A stretch of DNA of 64,000 bases from positions 1,193-65,192 of the IMG/VR virus record IMGVR_UViG_2932017207_000003, one strand, 5' to 3'. The position numbers were made by a program, and so were the translations under genes. The notes under the pieces were generated by a model, which was not told the origin of the DNA, searched no databases, and worked only from the letters and a program-made list of their open reading frames with translations. Source of the stretch: a virus. Below, piece by piece: positions 29,622 through 37,891 of the stretch. The stretch's first letter is position 1, and every line of letters begins with the position of its first letter.

Positions 29622-29860
29622 TTGTCACCGCCGATGTAGCAGGAGCAGCGTCGGTGGCAGTGGGCGCGGAAGGTGGTTTCCGATGCAGGGCAGCCGTACC
29701 GCACGCAGTTTCGGTGGAGCTCCGAAGCGGGAAGGCCGTCAGCGAGATACTTCTCTGCTGCCTGGCGGACCTCTTCCGGCTGCTCGCTGAACCAAACCCC
29801 TGTCTTGCAGGGGATGACTCGCTTGACGGATGCGTTTCGGATGTCGTCTACCAAGCCCAT
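29618..29860 (-). CDS. Small Cys/His-rich hypothetical protein
   Basis: MGLVDDI...C...H..R.CSC; overlaps the phosphoesterase start. Confidence 0.6.
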   Translation of the reverse strand: MGLVDDIRNASVKRVIPCKTGVWFSEQPEEVRQAAEKYLADGLPASELHRNCVRYGCPASETTFRAHCHRRCSCYIGGDK

Positions 29861-29943
29861 TCGCGAACCCCTTGTGTTGTGCGCACTGATCACTGTTGTG
29901 TGTACCAAATCGCGTTGTGTCTGCGCTACGGGATTTGTGCTGG

Positions 29944-31728
29944 TCACGCTGCGGCCTCGACATCAGGGACTGTCATAGTGAGGTGCTTTCGCCAACGCTT
30001 CTCAGTCGTGATCAGGCAATACCTAAGGCTGTCGAGCGAATGGTCATTCTCTTTCTTGACCTGGTCCTTGCCGTCTTCGGTGGCTTTGGTGGACCACGAG
30101 TACGCGGGGATTTCCTTCAGGAGCCCCCAGCACCGGTCGGAGACCTTCAAACGATCAGTGGCGAAGAGAGAGGCGGTCGTACGAATGCCATAGGACACAT
30201 CAGACTTGTCTGCCGGGTAGTTGACGAGGCCGTCGTTCTTCAACTGGACGCGGAAGTCGGCTGCTGCGGTGTCGACGATGACGTGGCCGAGTGAGAGCTT
30301 TCGTTCCCCGAGCTGCGTCGGGTGGTGATCGGTGATCAGCCAGTCGCGCAAGCCCTTCGACAACTGCACGTTCGACCAGCGGGCTTCCGCGCTCGAGGAC
30401 TCGTGCCGCCACTCATCGATCGCGTACAAGACACCATCGACGCCCATCCCCACCAGGATCGCCGAGGTGGGGTTCGTGGTGCCGTGGTCGACACCGACAC
30501 CGAGGTGGTACTGCATCTCCGGCAGATCGTCGAACTTCACGACGTGCCGGTCTTGGTTCCACATGTCGTACACGGCGCCGTCAGCGGACACCCACTCGCC
30601 GAGAATGAACCGCTGGTACCAGAGCCCCGTGTACGTGGCCTTCTGATAGTCGATGTACGACTGCTCCAGCGACGGGTTGTCTTCCATCACGAAGTGGAAG
30701 CGCCGCCAATTCTCGAGCATCGGCTGCCCGTCTTTGCCGATCATCCCCATCTTGTCCAGGAACTCTGTTTTCAACCAGTGCTGTGGGCCGTCCGGGTTGG
30801 TGGTGGCGAACAGTTTCGCGCCGCGGACGCGCATACGGCCGTCGAGCTGCTTGAAGAAATCCCTAGGGAGGACCGTCAGTTCGTCGCAGTAGGCGCCGGC
30901 GACGGTCATGCCGCGGATCTTGGATTCGGCGCGGTTGTCGTTCGCTCCGATGACATGGACGCGGCGTCCGAGCATCGTGCCATGCGGTGCACCGGATCGG
31001 TATTGGACTTGGTCGGCGAGGAAGTTGAGTGCGGGCTCGTTCTCGATGGGGGCGAAAACGTTGCGGTAGATCGAGTCCCGGTTCTTCCCGATCATCACCA
31101 GTTCGCCGTTTTCTGGGGCTTCGGCGACGAAGGTGAGCCAGCGGAGAATCGAACTGAAGGTGTTGTGGGTGACGATGTAGTCGTCGGTGACGTACAGGTG
31201 ATTCATGTTGTCGACCGCGATGCAACGAGAGTGGTCCACCACGGTCGGCTCGACGGACACTACTCGCTCGAGGCGTCCATAGAGTACTGGGATGAAGACC
31301 CGTTCGCCGACCATCGTGCGTAATTTCTCGGTCGACACTACTGGGCATCTACCTGCTACGACACGTGACCATGACTCGTTGTCGACGTGATCGTCCACGA
31401 TTGCCCATAGGTGGTCGCCGTCTGCTTCGACGGTGGAGCCGTCGTGCAGGGTGACTCGGTAGAACTGTTTCGGGCCGTTGTCGTATACGCCAATGACTTT
31501 CGCTAGTGTGCCATCGGGGTTGCAGACTCGGTCACCAACTGCGATGTCGCCGATGAGCCGGAAGCCTGTGGGCGTCAGGACTGTGGTTTCAACGTCCTGG
31601 TTGTAGTCGGGTCGACTGCGATCAGGACATCTCCCGCCCTTCCCACTTGAAATTGAGCCTTCCCAGATGTTGACGCGTTGGTCGGAGTTGGCGATTGCGT
31701 ACAGCTGTTTCGGGGAGAGGTGGCCCAC
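29944..31728 (-). CDS. terL: Terminase large subunit, intein-containing
   Basis: Walker A GSISSGK|T split by an intein; AYCDELT Walker B; TTNPDGP; GVDHGTTNP nuclease; NDHSLDSLRY. Confidence 0.92.
   Translation of the reverse strand: MGHLSPKQLYAIANSDQRVNIWEGSISSGKGGRCPDRSRPDYNQDVETTVLTPTGFRLIGDIAVGDRVCNPDGTLAKVIGVYDNGPKQFYRVTLHDGSTVEADGDHLWAIVDDHVDNESWSRVVAGRCPVVSTEKLRTMVGERVFIPVLYGRLERVVSVEPTVVDHSRCIAVDNMNHLYVTDDYIVTHNTFSSILRWLTFVAEAPENGELVMIGKNRDSIYRNVFAPIENEPALNFLADQVQYRSGAPHGTMLGRRVHVIGANDNRAESKIRGMTVAGAYCDELTVLPRDFFKQLDGRMRVRGAKLFATTNPDGPQHWLKTEFLDKMGMIGKDGQPMLENWRRFHFVMEDNPSLEQSYIDYQKATYTGLWYQRFILGEWVSADGAVYDMWNQDRHVVKFDDLPEMQYHLGVGVDHGTTNPTSAILVGMGVDGVLYAIDEWRHESSSAEARWSNVQLSKGLRDWLITDHHPTQLGERKLSLGHVIVDTAAADFRVQLKNDGLVNYPADKSDVSYGIRTTASLFATDRLKVSDRCWGLLKEIPAYSWSTKATEDGKDQVKKENDHSLDSLRYCLITTEKRWRKHLTMTVPDVEAAA
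31162..31638 (-). mobile_element. Class 3 mini-intein (159 aa, no homing endonuclease) in the TerL P-loop
   Basis: Block B ADGDHLW (Trp), block F SRCIAVD (Cys), block G IVTHN (Thr), +1 Thr; removal restores GSISSGKT. Confidence 0.88.
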
Positions 31729-32174
31729 TACTCTTCGGGACCCTTCTCTGCCTCGGCGACAGCAGTTTTCACATCCGACAGGAACGACTGCAGGGCGGAC
31801 TTCGCGTCCTTGGAGGTGTCGGGTTTCACGAATCCGTCGAGGCCGAGGAATTTGGCGCGGCGTTCCATGATGGCGAGGGCGCGGTCGATCTTCCAGGTGT
31901 CACCGTGGGTGGCGTCTGCCCAGATGCCTTTCCACATGGCGTCGAGGCGCGCCAACTCCATCTGAATGACTTCTTCGGCGGCTTGCTGTGGGATCGCTTT
32001 GACACTGTCGGTGATGTAGCGGGAGACCACGGACATGTCGCGGTCGATGCGTGGGTCTTCGGCGATCTCGCGGAGACTCCAGCCCTCAAGTTTCAGTTGG
32101 AGGGCGAGTTTGCGGCGCTCCTGTGTTTCGACGCGTTTGTCGAGTGGTACGCCTGCGCTTTTGGGTGGTGGCAT
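31728..32174 (-). CDS. terS: Terminase small subunit (HTH)
   Basis: ALQLKLEGWSLREIA HTH; RRAKFLGLD; abuts terL. Confidence 0.8.
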   Translation of the reverse strand: MPPPKSAGVPLDKRVETQERRKLALQLKLEGWSLREIAEDPRIDRDMSVVSRYITDSVKAIPQQAAEEVIQMELARLDAMWKGIWADATHGDTWKIDRALAIMERRAKFLGLDGFVKPDTSKDAKSALQSFLSDVKTAVAEAEKGPEE

Positions 32175-32229
32175 GTCAGGGACACCTCCTGGGTGTTTGG
32201 CAGCGGCGGTGGGCGTCTCCTGGACGTCG

Positions 32230-32424
32230 TCACCGCGAGGTGGTGGTGCGTTGTGCGAGGTAGTGGTCGAGCAGGTAGTCGAAGCCGTGCCAGTACGCGT
32301 CTGGAACGGAACCTGTGTAGTCGCGTTCGGCGCGCATCATGGCGTGCAACAGGTGGAGGTCGTTGAGGGCGTCCTCAGCGCACCGGTAGGCGGGCTGGCT
32401 TCTACTGCTGGGGTGGCGGCTCAT
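32230..32424 (-). CDS. Hypothetical protein
   Basis: 64-aa ORF in operon. Confidence 0.45.
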   Translation of the reverse strand: MSRHPSSRSQPAYRCAEDALNDLHLLHAMMRAERDYTGSVPDAYWHGFDYLLDHYLAQRTTTSR

Positions 32425-32507
32425 TGGCGGGTGTGAGGAAGACGTGGCAGGGGCGCAGGAGCGTGGAGAGGATCTGGTCCGTCTCGGACTGCTTCGGCCT
32501 CGGCTGG

Positions 32508-32663
32508 TCAGTCATCGTCGTCTCCGATCGTGTACACGGTCTCGCACTCTTCAGCGGCGAGGACGGAGAGCGCGGCTGCTGCAACGTCCATGGCGTCCAA
32601 CTGTTTCGGCTCTGGCATGTCGATGGACAGTTCGAACCACAGGAGTTTGAGGTGGAATTTCAT
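32508..32663 (-). CDS. Hypothetical protein (51 aa)
   Basis: ATG at 32663 overlaps the upstream stop; GGAGG RBS. Confidence 0.5.
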   Translation of the reverse strand: MKFHLKLLWFELSIDMPEPKQLDAMDVAAAALSVLAAEECETVYTIGDDDD

Positions 32664-32941
32664 GGGCGGCCCTCCATGACGGTGATGAGGATGTGTTTGT
32701 CGCGTTCGATGACGGCGGTGGCCCATTCGCTGATGCGGTGTTCGGTACCGTCGGCGTGGACGCGTGTCTGGGTGGGCGCCGCGAGGGTGGCGGCTAGCTG
32801 GTCAGGACAGATGTCGCGTTCGAGGATGCGGGCGTAGGCGTGTTCGGTGACCTGGTAGCCGGCGAGTCGCAGTGTGTAGTGGTTGTCGCGGGCGTGTGTG
32901 GCGGCCTGATGGGCTCGCCAGCTAGCTTCGCGGGGATCCAT
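32660..32941 (-). CDS. DUF4258-like small protein (possible BECR-fold RNase)
   Basis: TEHAYARILERDI motif resembles HA..RM.ER.I of DUF4258. Confidence 0.5.
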   Translation of the reverse strand: MDPREASWRAHQAATHARDNHYTLRLAGYQVTEHAYARILERDICPDQLAATLAAPTQTRVHADGTEHRISEWATAVIERDKHILITVMEGRP

Positions 32942-33530
32942 CGGGCTTGCGTTCCGCGCCGACCTGAATGCTCCGCGCCCACACCGTCAGGGTGACTGCG
33001 ACGCAGCTGGGCTCCTTCGGGTTCAGGCCGCCGACTGTGATCTCCGAATCCTTGGGGATGAGGAGCTTCTGCCCGTTGAGGTAGAGGGCATTCGGCAGGA
33101 CGACTCCCTTCGCTCCCCTCCCGTCACCGTCGTAGTCGGGGATCTGTTCAACGATGCGGATGTCGACTGCGGTCGCTTCATCTGGGTTGTCCGCGGGCAG
33201 CCAGGACTCCAGCTTCGGGGCGGTCGAGGTGGCGCAGGAGAAGCTCCCGGTTTGCCACGGCACTACATCGCCAAGTCGAACCACGACAGGATCGGGCGGC
33301 AGCTGCTCCCCTGGTTCGGAGTCCTCAGTGTCGACACCGAACTTGTCGAGTGCATCCTGGAGTGCCGCATCGTCTCTCGCCGCCTGCGCTTTGAGGGCTG
33401 CGGTGATGTCGTCGAGGTTGAGGCTGTCGACCAGCTTCTCGGCGTAGTTGCCCAGTCCGAGGATCTCGAGGAAGGCCCGGAGGTTGATGAGCGTCGTCGC
33501 GGCATCGGTGGTGTTCGTCAAGGTGTCCAC
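32922..33530 (-). CDS. Hypothetical protein
   Basis: GTG after AGGAG; 202 aa. Confidence 0.6.
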   Translation of the reverse strand: MDTLTNTTDAATTLINLRAFLEILGLGNYAEKLVDSLNLDDITAALKAQAARDDAALQDALDKFGVDTEDSEPGEQLPPDPVVVRLGDVVPWQTGSFSCATSTAPKLESWLPADNPDEATAVDIRIVEQIPDYDGDGRGAKGVVLPNALYLNGQKLLIPKDSEITVGGLNPKEPSCVAVTLTVWARSIQVGAERKPDGSPRS

Positions 33531-33570
33531 TCCTGGTGTGGGGTTAGCGGGGAAACTGCGGCAGCGACGG

Positions 33571-33873
33571 TCAGTTCCTCGACGGCCAGTACCAGGTGCG
33601 CGCTTCACCGGGATTTCCCTGAGGGACCGCGTATTCGCGGTAGTCGCCGCCGAGGCCGTGAACGAGGAGGTCGACGGTGTAATCGTCGGGCAGCTCGGGA
33701 ACCAGTTCGGCAGGCCTGCCTTTGCCGGACAGGGTGCCATCGGGTGACGGCCCCCAGCGGTTGATGACGTCCAGATTCGTGGTCAGCCGGTTGCGCAGGA
33801 CGATCGCCGGGGAAATGATCCCGTCGCCGTTCTTCGACTGGTACAGAACGGTGTCAGCAACGTTCGGGTTCAT
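33571..33873 (-). CDS. Hypothetical phage protein
   Basis: 100 aa; V.Y.S..G...PAIV and W.WP pattern. Confidence 0.65.
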   Translation of the reverse strand: MNPNVADTVLYQSKNGDGIISPAIVLRNRLTTNLDVINRWGPSPDGTLSGKGRPAELVPELPDDYTVDLLVHGLGGDYREYAVPQGNPGEARTWYWPSRN

Positions 33874-33934
33874 GGCTCTGGGTTTCCTAACGGTTGATGG
33901 GTTCAGATGGACCGATCCGCGAGTGAGTGCGTGT

Positions 33935-34816
33935 TCAGCGGGGGAACTGCGGTAGCGGCGGCAGGGCGGCTTGGATGTCGCGGATGAGCCCGTTGATGGC
34001 GTGGTTCATGTCGTCGAAGCTCGGCAGACTGACCGGGGACGGGAGCGGCTGGACAGGCCACTGCGGGAGCGCGGGTCCAGGGAAGATCGGCTGCGGCAGG
34101 TTACTGACGGGTGGTGCTGGGATCATGGTGACGCCGGTAGCGCCGTCAGGTGCCGACATGTTCGGGCCGTAGCCACCGTGCTTGGTGAGGTAGCCGGCGA
34201 TGGAGTCGACGAACCCGACCGGGTTCTGCAGTGGCTGGGGCATGTCGCAGATGCCGTCGCCTTGGATGCAGACTTGCTCCACGGGAATGGCACCGAAGCC
34301 GCCCCGCTCACCGGTCATCGTGAGGCCAGGGATCAGGGTCGGGAGAACGGTTTCGACTCCCCCAGCCTGCCGAGAGTCCGCATAGAGACGGCCGCGGACC
34401 TTGTCGGCGGGAACGCTGCCGTCGGCGGCGATCTGGGCGAGCGCATCCCCCGCGATCGTCGCGCCCAGGCTGTAGCCTGTCGCCACGATCTGCGAGCCCG
34501 GGCACTGCTGGTGCGCGGCGCGGATCGCATCCGCCGTCGCTGAGGTGCCGACAGCTTTGGAGTAGTCGAACAGGTGGCGTCCGACTGGCCAAATGCTGGC
34601 CGGGTAGTCGATCACCCGCACATCTGCGCCGTCACGCCGATAGCGGTCGAGTGCGGGCCACATTCCTCGAGCGTCTGGGTCGCTGGTCCCGCCGACGGCG
34701 ATGACGATCGTGGACGGACAGGCGTTCGCGGTAGCTGGCGTGCTGGTAGCAACGGGCAGGACGATCGCGGTCGCAGCGAGAGCGGTAGCAGTCAGAACGG
34801 ATCGGATTGCGGGCAT
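33935..34816 (-). CDS. Secreted cutinase/PE-PPE-family serine hydrolase
   Basis: Signal peptide (MPAIRSVLTATALAA...ATA/NA); GYSLG elbow; CIQGDGICD; His; Pro-rich tail. Confidence 0.8.
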   Translation of the reverse strand: MPAIRSVLTATALAATAIVLPVATSTPATANACPSTIVIAVGGTSDPDARGMWPALDRYRRDGADVRVIDYPASIWPVGRHLFDYSKAVGTSATADAIRAAHQQCPGSQIVATGYSLGATIAGDALAQIAADGSVPADKVRGRLYADSRQAGGVETVLPTLIPGLTMTGERGGFGAIPVEQVCIQGDGICDMPQPLQNPVGFVDSIAGYLTKHGGYGPNMSAPDGATGVTMIPAPPVSNLPQPIFPGPALPQWPVQPLPSPVSLPSFDDMNHAINGLIRDIQAALPPLPQFPR

Positions 34817-35089
34817 GGGGCCTCCAGGAATCGGCGTAGCTATTTGGGGCTCCACCCGCCTGCAGCGCGAGGGTGGGCGCTGCAGGTCGGGTGGAGCGGG
34901 CGGGCCGGGGCGCACCGTGGAAGGTGCTGCTCTACCGGCCAGGCGTCACAAACCCATGTGTGGGCGCCCCGGGGGTGAATGGGGCAAGGTGAACGCCACG
35001 TTTTTGGCGAGGGGTCAGGCAGCCGCCGACTACCTTTGCGTTACCCGTTCCTGGTCGGGTCGCTCCCACCGCTTGAGCGGCGGGAAAAT

Positions 35090-35350
35090 TCAGATGTCGT
35101 TGTCGAGGTATGCGATTGCCGCGAGTTCGCGGGCGAGGTGGTCGATCTTGTCGGGCGAGTATCCGCCCCAATGGGTGTCGCCGGCTTCGACGACTGGGGT
35201 GGACTGGTAGCCGAGCGCCTTCACGCGGTTGAGGGCGTCCGGGTTGTCGCTGACATCAACCACCGTGTGCGGGATGCCCTTCAGAGTGAGCCGCTTCTTC
35301 GTGGCGTGGCAGGGCATACAGGAGGGTTGGGAGTAGACGGTGACCTGCAT
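35090..35350 (-). CDS. nrdH: Glutaredoxin-like NrdH
   Basis: VYSQPSCMPC; LGYQSTPVV; W.GY.PDKI. Confidence 0.9.
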   Translation of the reverse strand: MQVTVYSQPSCMPCHATKKRLTLKGIPHTVVDVSDNPDALNRVKALGYQSTPVVEAGDTHWGGYSPDKIDHLARELAAIAYLDNDI

Positions 35351-35514
35351 CAGTTTCCTTCGTGTGCGGGGGTGAGGCGTCCGAGGAGTTCGGTGAACTT
35401 CACTCCCCCGACTTGGCATTCGACGTGGGGCATGGGCCAGCGTCGGATCGCGGTCACGGTCGCGGGACGGTGCAGGCCAGCAGCCCAAACCTGTGTACCG
35501 GGTGCAATATTCAC
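35350..35514 (-). CDS. Small hypothetical protein (54 aa)
   Basis: GTG start; stop overlaps the nrdH start. Confidence 0.45.
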   Translation of the reverse strand: MNIAPGTQVWAAGLHRPATVTAIRRWPMPHVECQVGGVKFTELLGRLTPAHEGN

Positions 35515-35530
35515 TTGTTCTCCACGAAGG

Positions 35531-36103
35531 TTAGGTGTGGTGGATGAGGGGGCCGCGGTCGTCGAGGCGGCAGCCGTCAGCGAAGGTGCAGGATGCCTCG
35601 ACTGCGGTGGTGACCGCCTCGTACGGTCCGCCACCATGTTTAAGAGTTGCTGCCAGTGCTCCGGTGGCGACTTCCCCGCCCGAACCGATTGCGGCCATGT
35701 TGTTGTGGGGGCGAATCGTGGCGTTCGTGTGGACCAGCCACAGGTGTTCATGGCAGGCGAGGAGGATGCTCCCGTCGATGTACGGAGCGCCGTCACCTGT
35801 GACGAGGAGTGACGGGTTGGTGTCAGCGAGGATGCCAGTGATTGCGACAGCAATCGCGTCAGCCCACTCGTCGGGGTCGTCACCGTCGTGCGGTGTCTGT
35901 TCGATCGTCAGGCTGCGCTGGAGGACGGGCAGGATGCTCGCGTTCCCGGATACTCCGATCAGCACCGGGTCGCCATCATCTGCGTGTAGCTCGGCAATCT
36001 TGCCTTCACGCTTGTACATGTAGGAGTTCGCCGAGTTCATGGCTGCGGCATCGCATCCCATGACGACGTAGCTTTCGTTCGCTACAGCTGCAATGACGGT
36101 CAC
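35531..36103 (-). CDS. HslV/proteasome-beta-like Ntn peptidase
   Basis: N-terminal MTVIAA (Thr nucleophile), GCD, K, IGVSG, AAIGSG motifs. Confidence 0.75.
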   Translation of the reverse strand: MTVIAAVANESYVVMGCDAAAMNSANSYMYKREGKIAELHADDGDPVLIGVSGNASILPVLQRSLTIEQTPHDGDDPDEWADAIAVAITGILADTNPSLLVTGDGAPYIDGSILLACHEHLWLVHTNATIRPHNNMAAIGSGGEVATGALAATLKHGGGPYEAVTTAVEASCTFADGCRLDDRGPLIHHT

Positions 36104-36345
36104 TGGTGGGTGTTCCTCGCGTTCAGGTTGGGGCGTGAGAGGCGCATTTCGGCGCTGCGCTTCATCTCGCGGTACTTGGGATGCTGTTGGAGGCGCGGTG
36201 TCACGGCGAGTTCGCTGATCGTGATTCCTCGCAGCCTGGTTTCCCAGATGCGTACGGTGGCGATGATCCAGTGCCCGGCAGGCTTGCGGGACTCGAGCCA
36301 GATGCGTCCGTCTGTCAGGTTCTCGGCGAGCAGAACGTTCGTCAT
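36100..36345 (-). CDS. Hypothetical protein
   Basis: 81 aa, coupled overlaps on both sides. Confidence 0.55.
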   Translation of the reverse strand: MTNVLLAENLTDGRIWLESRKPAGHWIIATVRIWETRLRGITISELAVTPRLQQHPKYREMKRSAEMRLSRPNLNARNTHQ

Positions 36346-36584
36346 GCGGACTCCTTGGCCTGTTTGCGCCACCGATACAGCCCGATTCCGTTGACGGCCC
36401 CGTAGGCGAGGGCGGAGAGGATGAATCCGGGTTGGCTGGTGGCTACTGCGTAGGTGATCCACAGCAGTTGCACGCCGAGACCAACGGCGTACCCGTACCA
36501 GCGGACCCTGTCGCCGAGCGTGGTCAGGTACAGGCCGAACACGCCGACAACGGCGAGCAGGATCGACCACCAAACAGGGATCAT
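36342..36584 (-). CDS. Small 3-TM membrane protein (PnuC-like half)
   Basis: Three hydrophobic helices; W...G...Q.LW..YA pattern. Confidence 0.55.
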   Translation of the reverse strand: MIPVWWSILLAVVGVFGLYLTTLGDRVRWYGYAVGLGVQLLWITYAVATSQPGFILSALAYGAVNGIGLYRWRKQAKESA

Positions 36585-36594
36585 TGCTCAGCTC

Positions 36595-36837
36595 TCATTC
36601 AGGGTACTTCGACCACCAGGTCGAGTTCGAACACTCTTCGGGCAACCGATTGCAGATGCAGCGCAGACCATCCCGTGGGCAGCCGTCGTAGTCGTGTGCG
36701 GACTCGTACTCGTCGGCCCACGTCGCAAGGTTCCGCTTCTCGTCTGCGCGGGCGGCACCGTTCCGGCGACGATGGCCCTTCGTGTGGAGGCGGCAGCATG
36801 CCCAACTCGCGTTGCCGCTACCGATCATTCTGGGCAA
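36595..36837 (-). CDS. Cys-rich hypothetical protein
   Basis: 80-aa ORF in operon. Confidence 0.45.
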   Translation of the reverse strand: MPRMIGSGNASWACCRLHTKGHRRRNGAARADEKRNLATWADEYESAHDYDGCPRDGLRCICNRLPEECSNSTWWSKYPE

Positions 36838-36845
36838 CGGGCCTC

Positions 36846-37055
36846 CTAACAGTTGCAGGCGGCGAACCCGACTTCGTCTGGGTCATCGATGTAGGTCCAC
36901 GGGCAGAAGATCGGCTCACGGTTCTCGTATTCGTCGAGCCACTTCTGTGTGACCCGCTTCTCGCGCTGGCGGATTCGACCGTGATCCGGCTTAGCTGGGT
37001 TGCAGCAGCGGCAGTTCCAGTTCCGCCGGCCGACACGCGACAGCAAGGGGGCCAT
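36846..37055 (-). CDS. Cys-rich hypothetical protein
   Basis: 69-aa ORF coupled to the upstream gene. Confidence 0.5.
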   Translation of the reverse strand: MAPLLSRVGRRNWNCRCCNPAKPDHGRIRQREKRVTQKWLDEYENREPIFCPWTYIDDPDEVGFAACNC

Positions 37056-37285
37056 CAGGAGCCGTTCGGTCCGCCCGTGATTTCGAAGGTCGTCCCGTCG
37101 GGAGCGGTGAAGACCATCTTCACGTTGGGCGACGTTCCGGTCACTTCGCAGCGCGCACCTGGCTTGACCCGTTCCCAGTCGTTCTGGATACCGGCCGCGT
37201 CCAACTCGACCTTCAGGGCGTCGAGCGCACCCTTCACCTTCTCGTCGGTGATGTTGCCGTCGATGCTGATCCGGATCGTCGCCAC
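37055..37285 (-). CDS. Hypothetical protein
   Basis: GTG after GGAGG; 76 aa. Confidence 0.6.
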   Translation of the reverse strand: MATIRISIDGNITDEKVKGALDALKVELDAAGIQNDWERVKPGARCEVTGTSPNVKMVFTAPDGTTFEITGGPNGS

Positions 37286-37466
37286 TGCTCGCCCTCCGCT
37301 ATCTGATTGTCGATCGCAGCATCCTGGCCCCATCGTCCGGCGGGTCATCCACGGCACCACTTCCCCAACATCCGCGAACGTGGGGCAAGACAAGGGGACC
37401 CAGGCCGCATACCAATGCAGAGGCGGACATGGGTCCCGCCGCATGTCATCGACAGAGGCGGCACGT

Positions 37467-37539
37467 TGCAGGGGCCGGATTTGAACCGGCGACCTTCGGG
37501 TTATGAGCCCGGCGAGCTACCAAACTGCTCCACCCTGCA
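37467..37539 (-). tRNA. tRNA-Met(CAT), initiator-like anticodon stem
   Basis: Cloverleaf TGCAGGG/CCCTGCA; GGG-CTCATAA-CCC; GGTTCAAATCC; CCA not encoded. Confidence 0.92.
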
Positions 37540-37577
37540 CTGTCTCGGTACTGATTCCGCGCCGAGCCGCGGGGCCG

Positions 37578-37651
37578 TGCCTCTCCCCGGATTCGAACCG
37601 GGATCTACCGCCTTTTGAGGACGGCTCCTCTGCCAGTTGGGACAGAGAGGC
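37578..37651 (-). tRNA. tRNA with CAA anticodon (Leu), short variable loop
   Basis: GCCTCTC/GAGAGGC; CCGTC-CTCAAAA-GGCGG; CCCGG-TTCGAAT-CCGGG. Confidence 0.85.
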
Positions 37652-37891
37652 AGGAGAGCAGCGCCACACGCCGAACTGTGTGCGGCCACTGCCCCAGTAG
37701 ACGCCCCAAAGGGACTGGTGAGCCTTTACCTCACTGCTCAGCGATCACTCCGCCTCGTGAGCGAATGCCGCTGCAACTCGATGCGTCGACTTTCGTACCC
37801 GGCTCGACGCTTACCCGGTCTGACCTCTGTCCACGCAACAGGATCTCGTCAGCATGTTCATCAACCGCCGGCTTCTACGGCAGATTGCGCG

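Noticed and set aside
33935-34816. Canonical lysin B
   Set aside because: It has a signal peptide, lacks a peptidoglycan-binding N-terminus and lies far from the lysis cassette.
37783-37860. Hammerhead ribozyme (CTGACGA...CGAAA on the minus strand)
   Set aside because: The core words are present, but stem II does not pair cleanly and the stem III partner lies nested inside it, so the topology is wrong.
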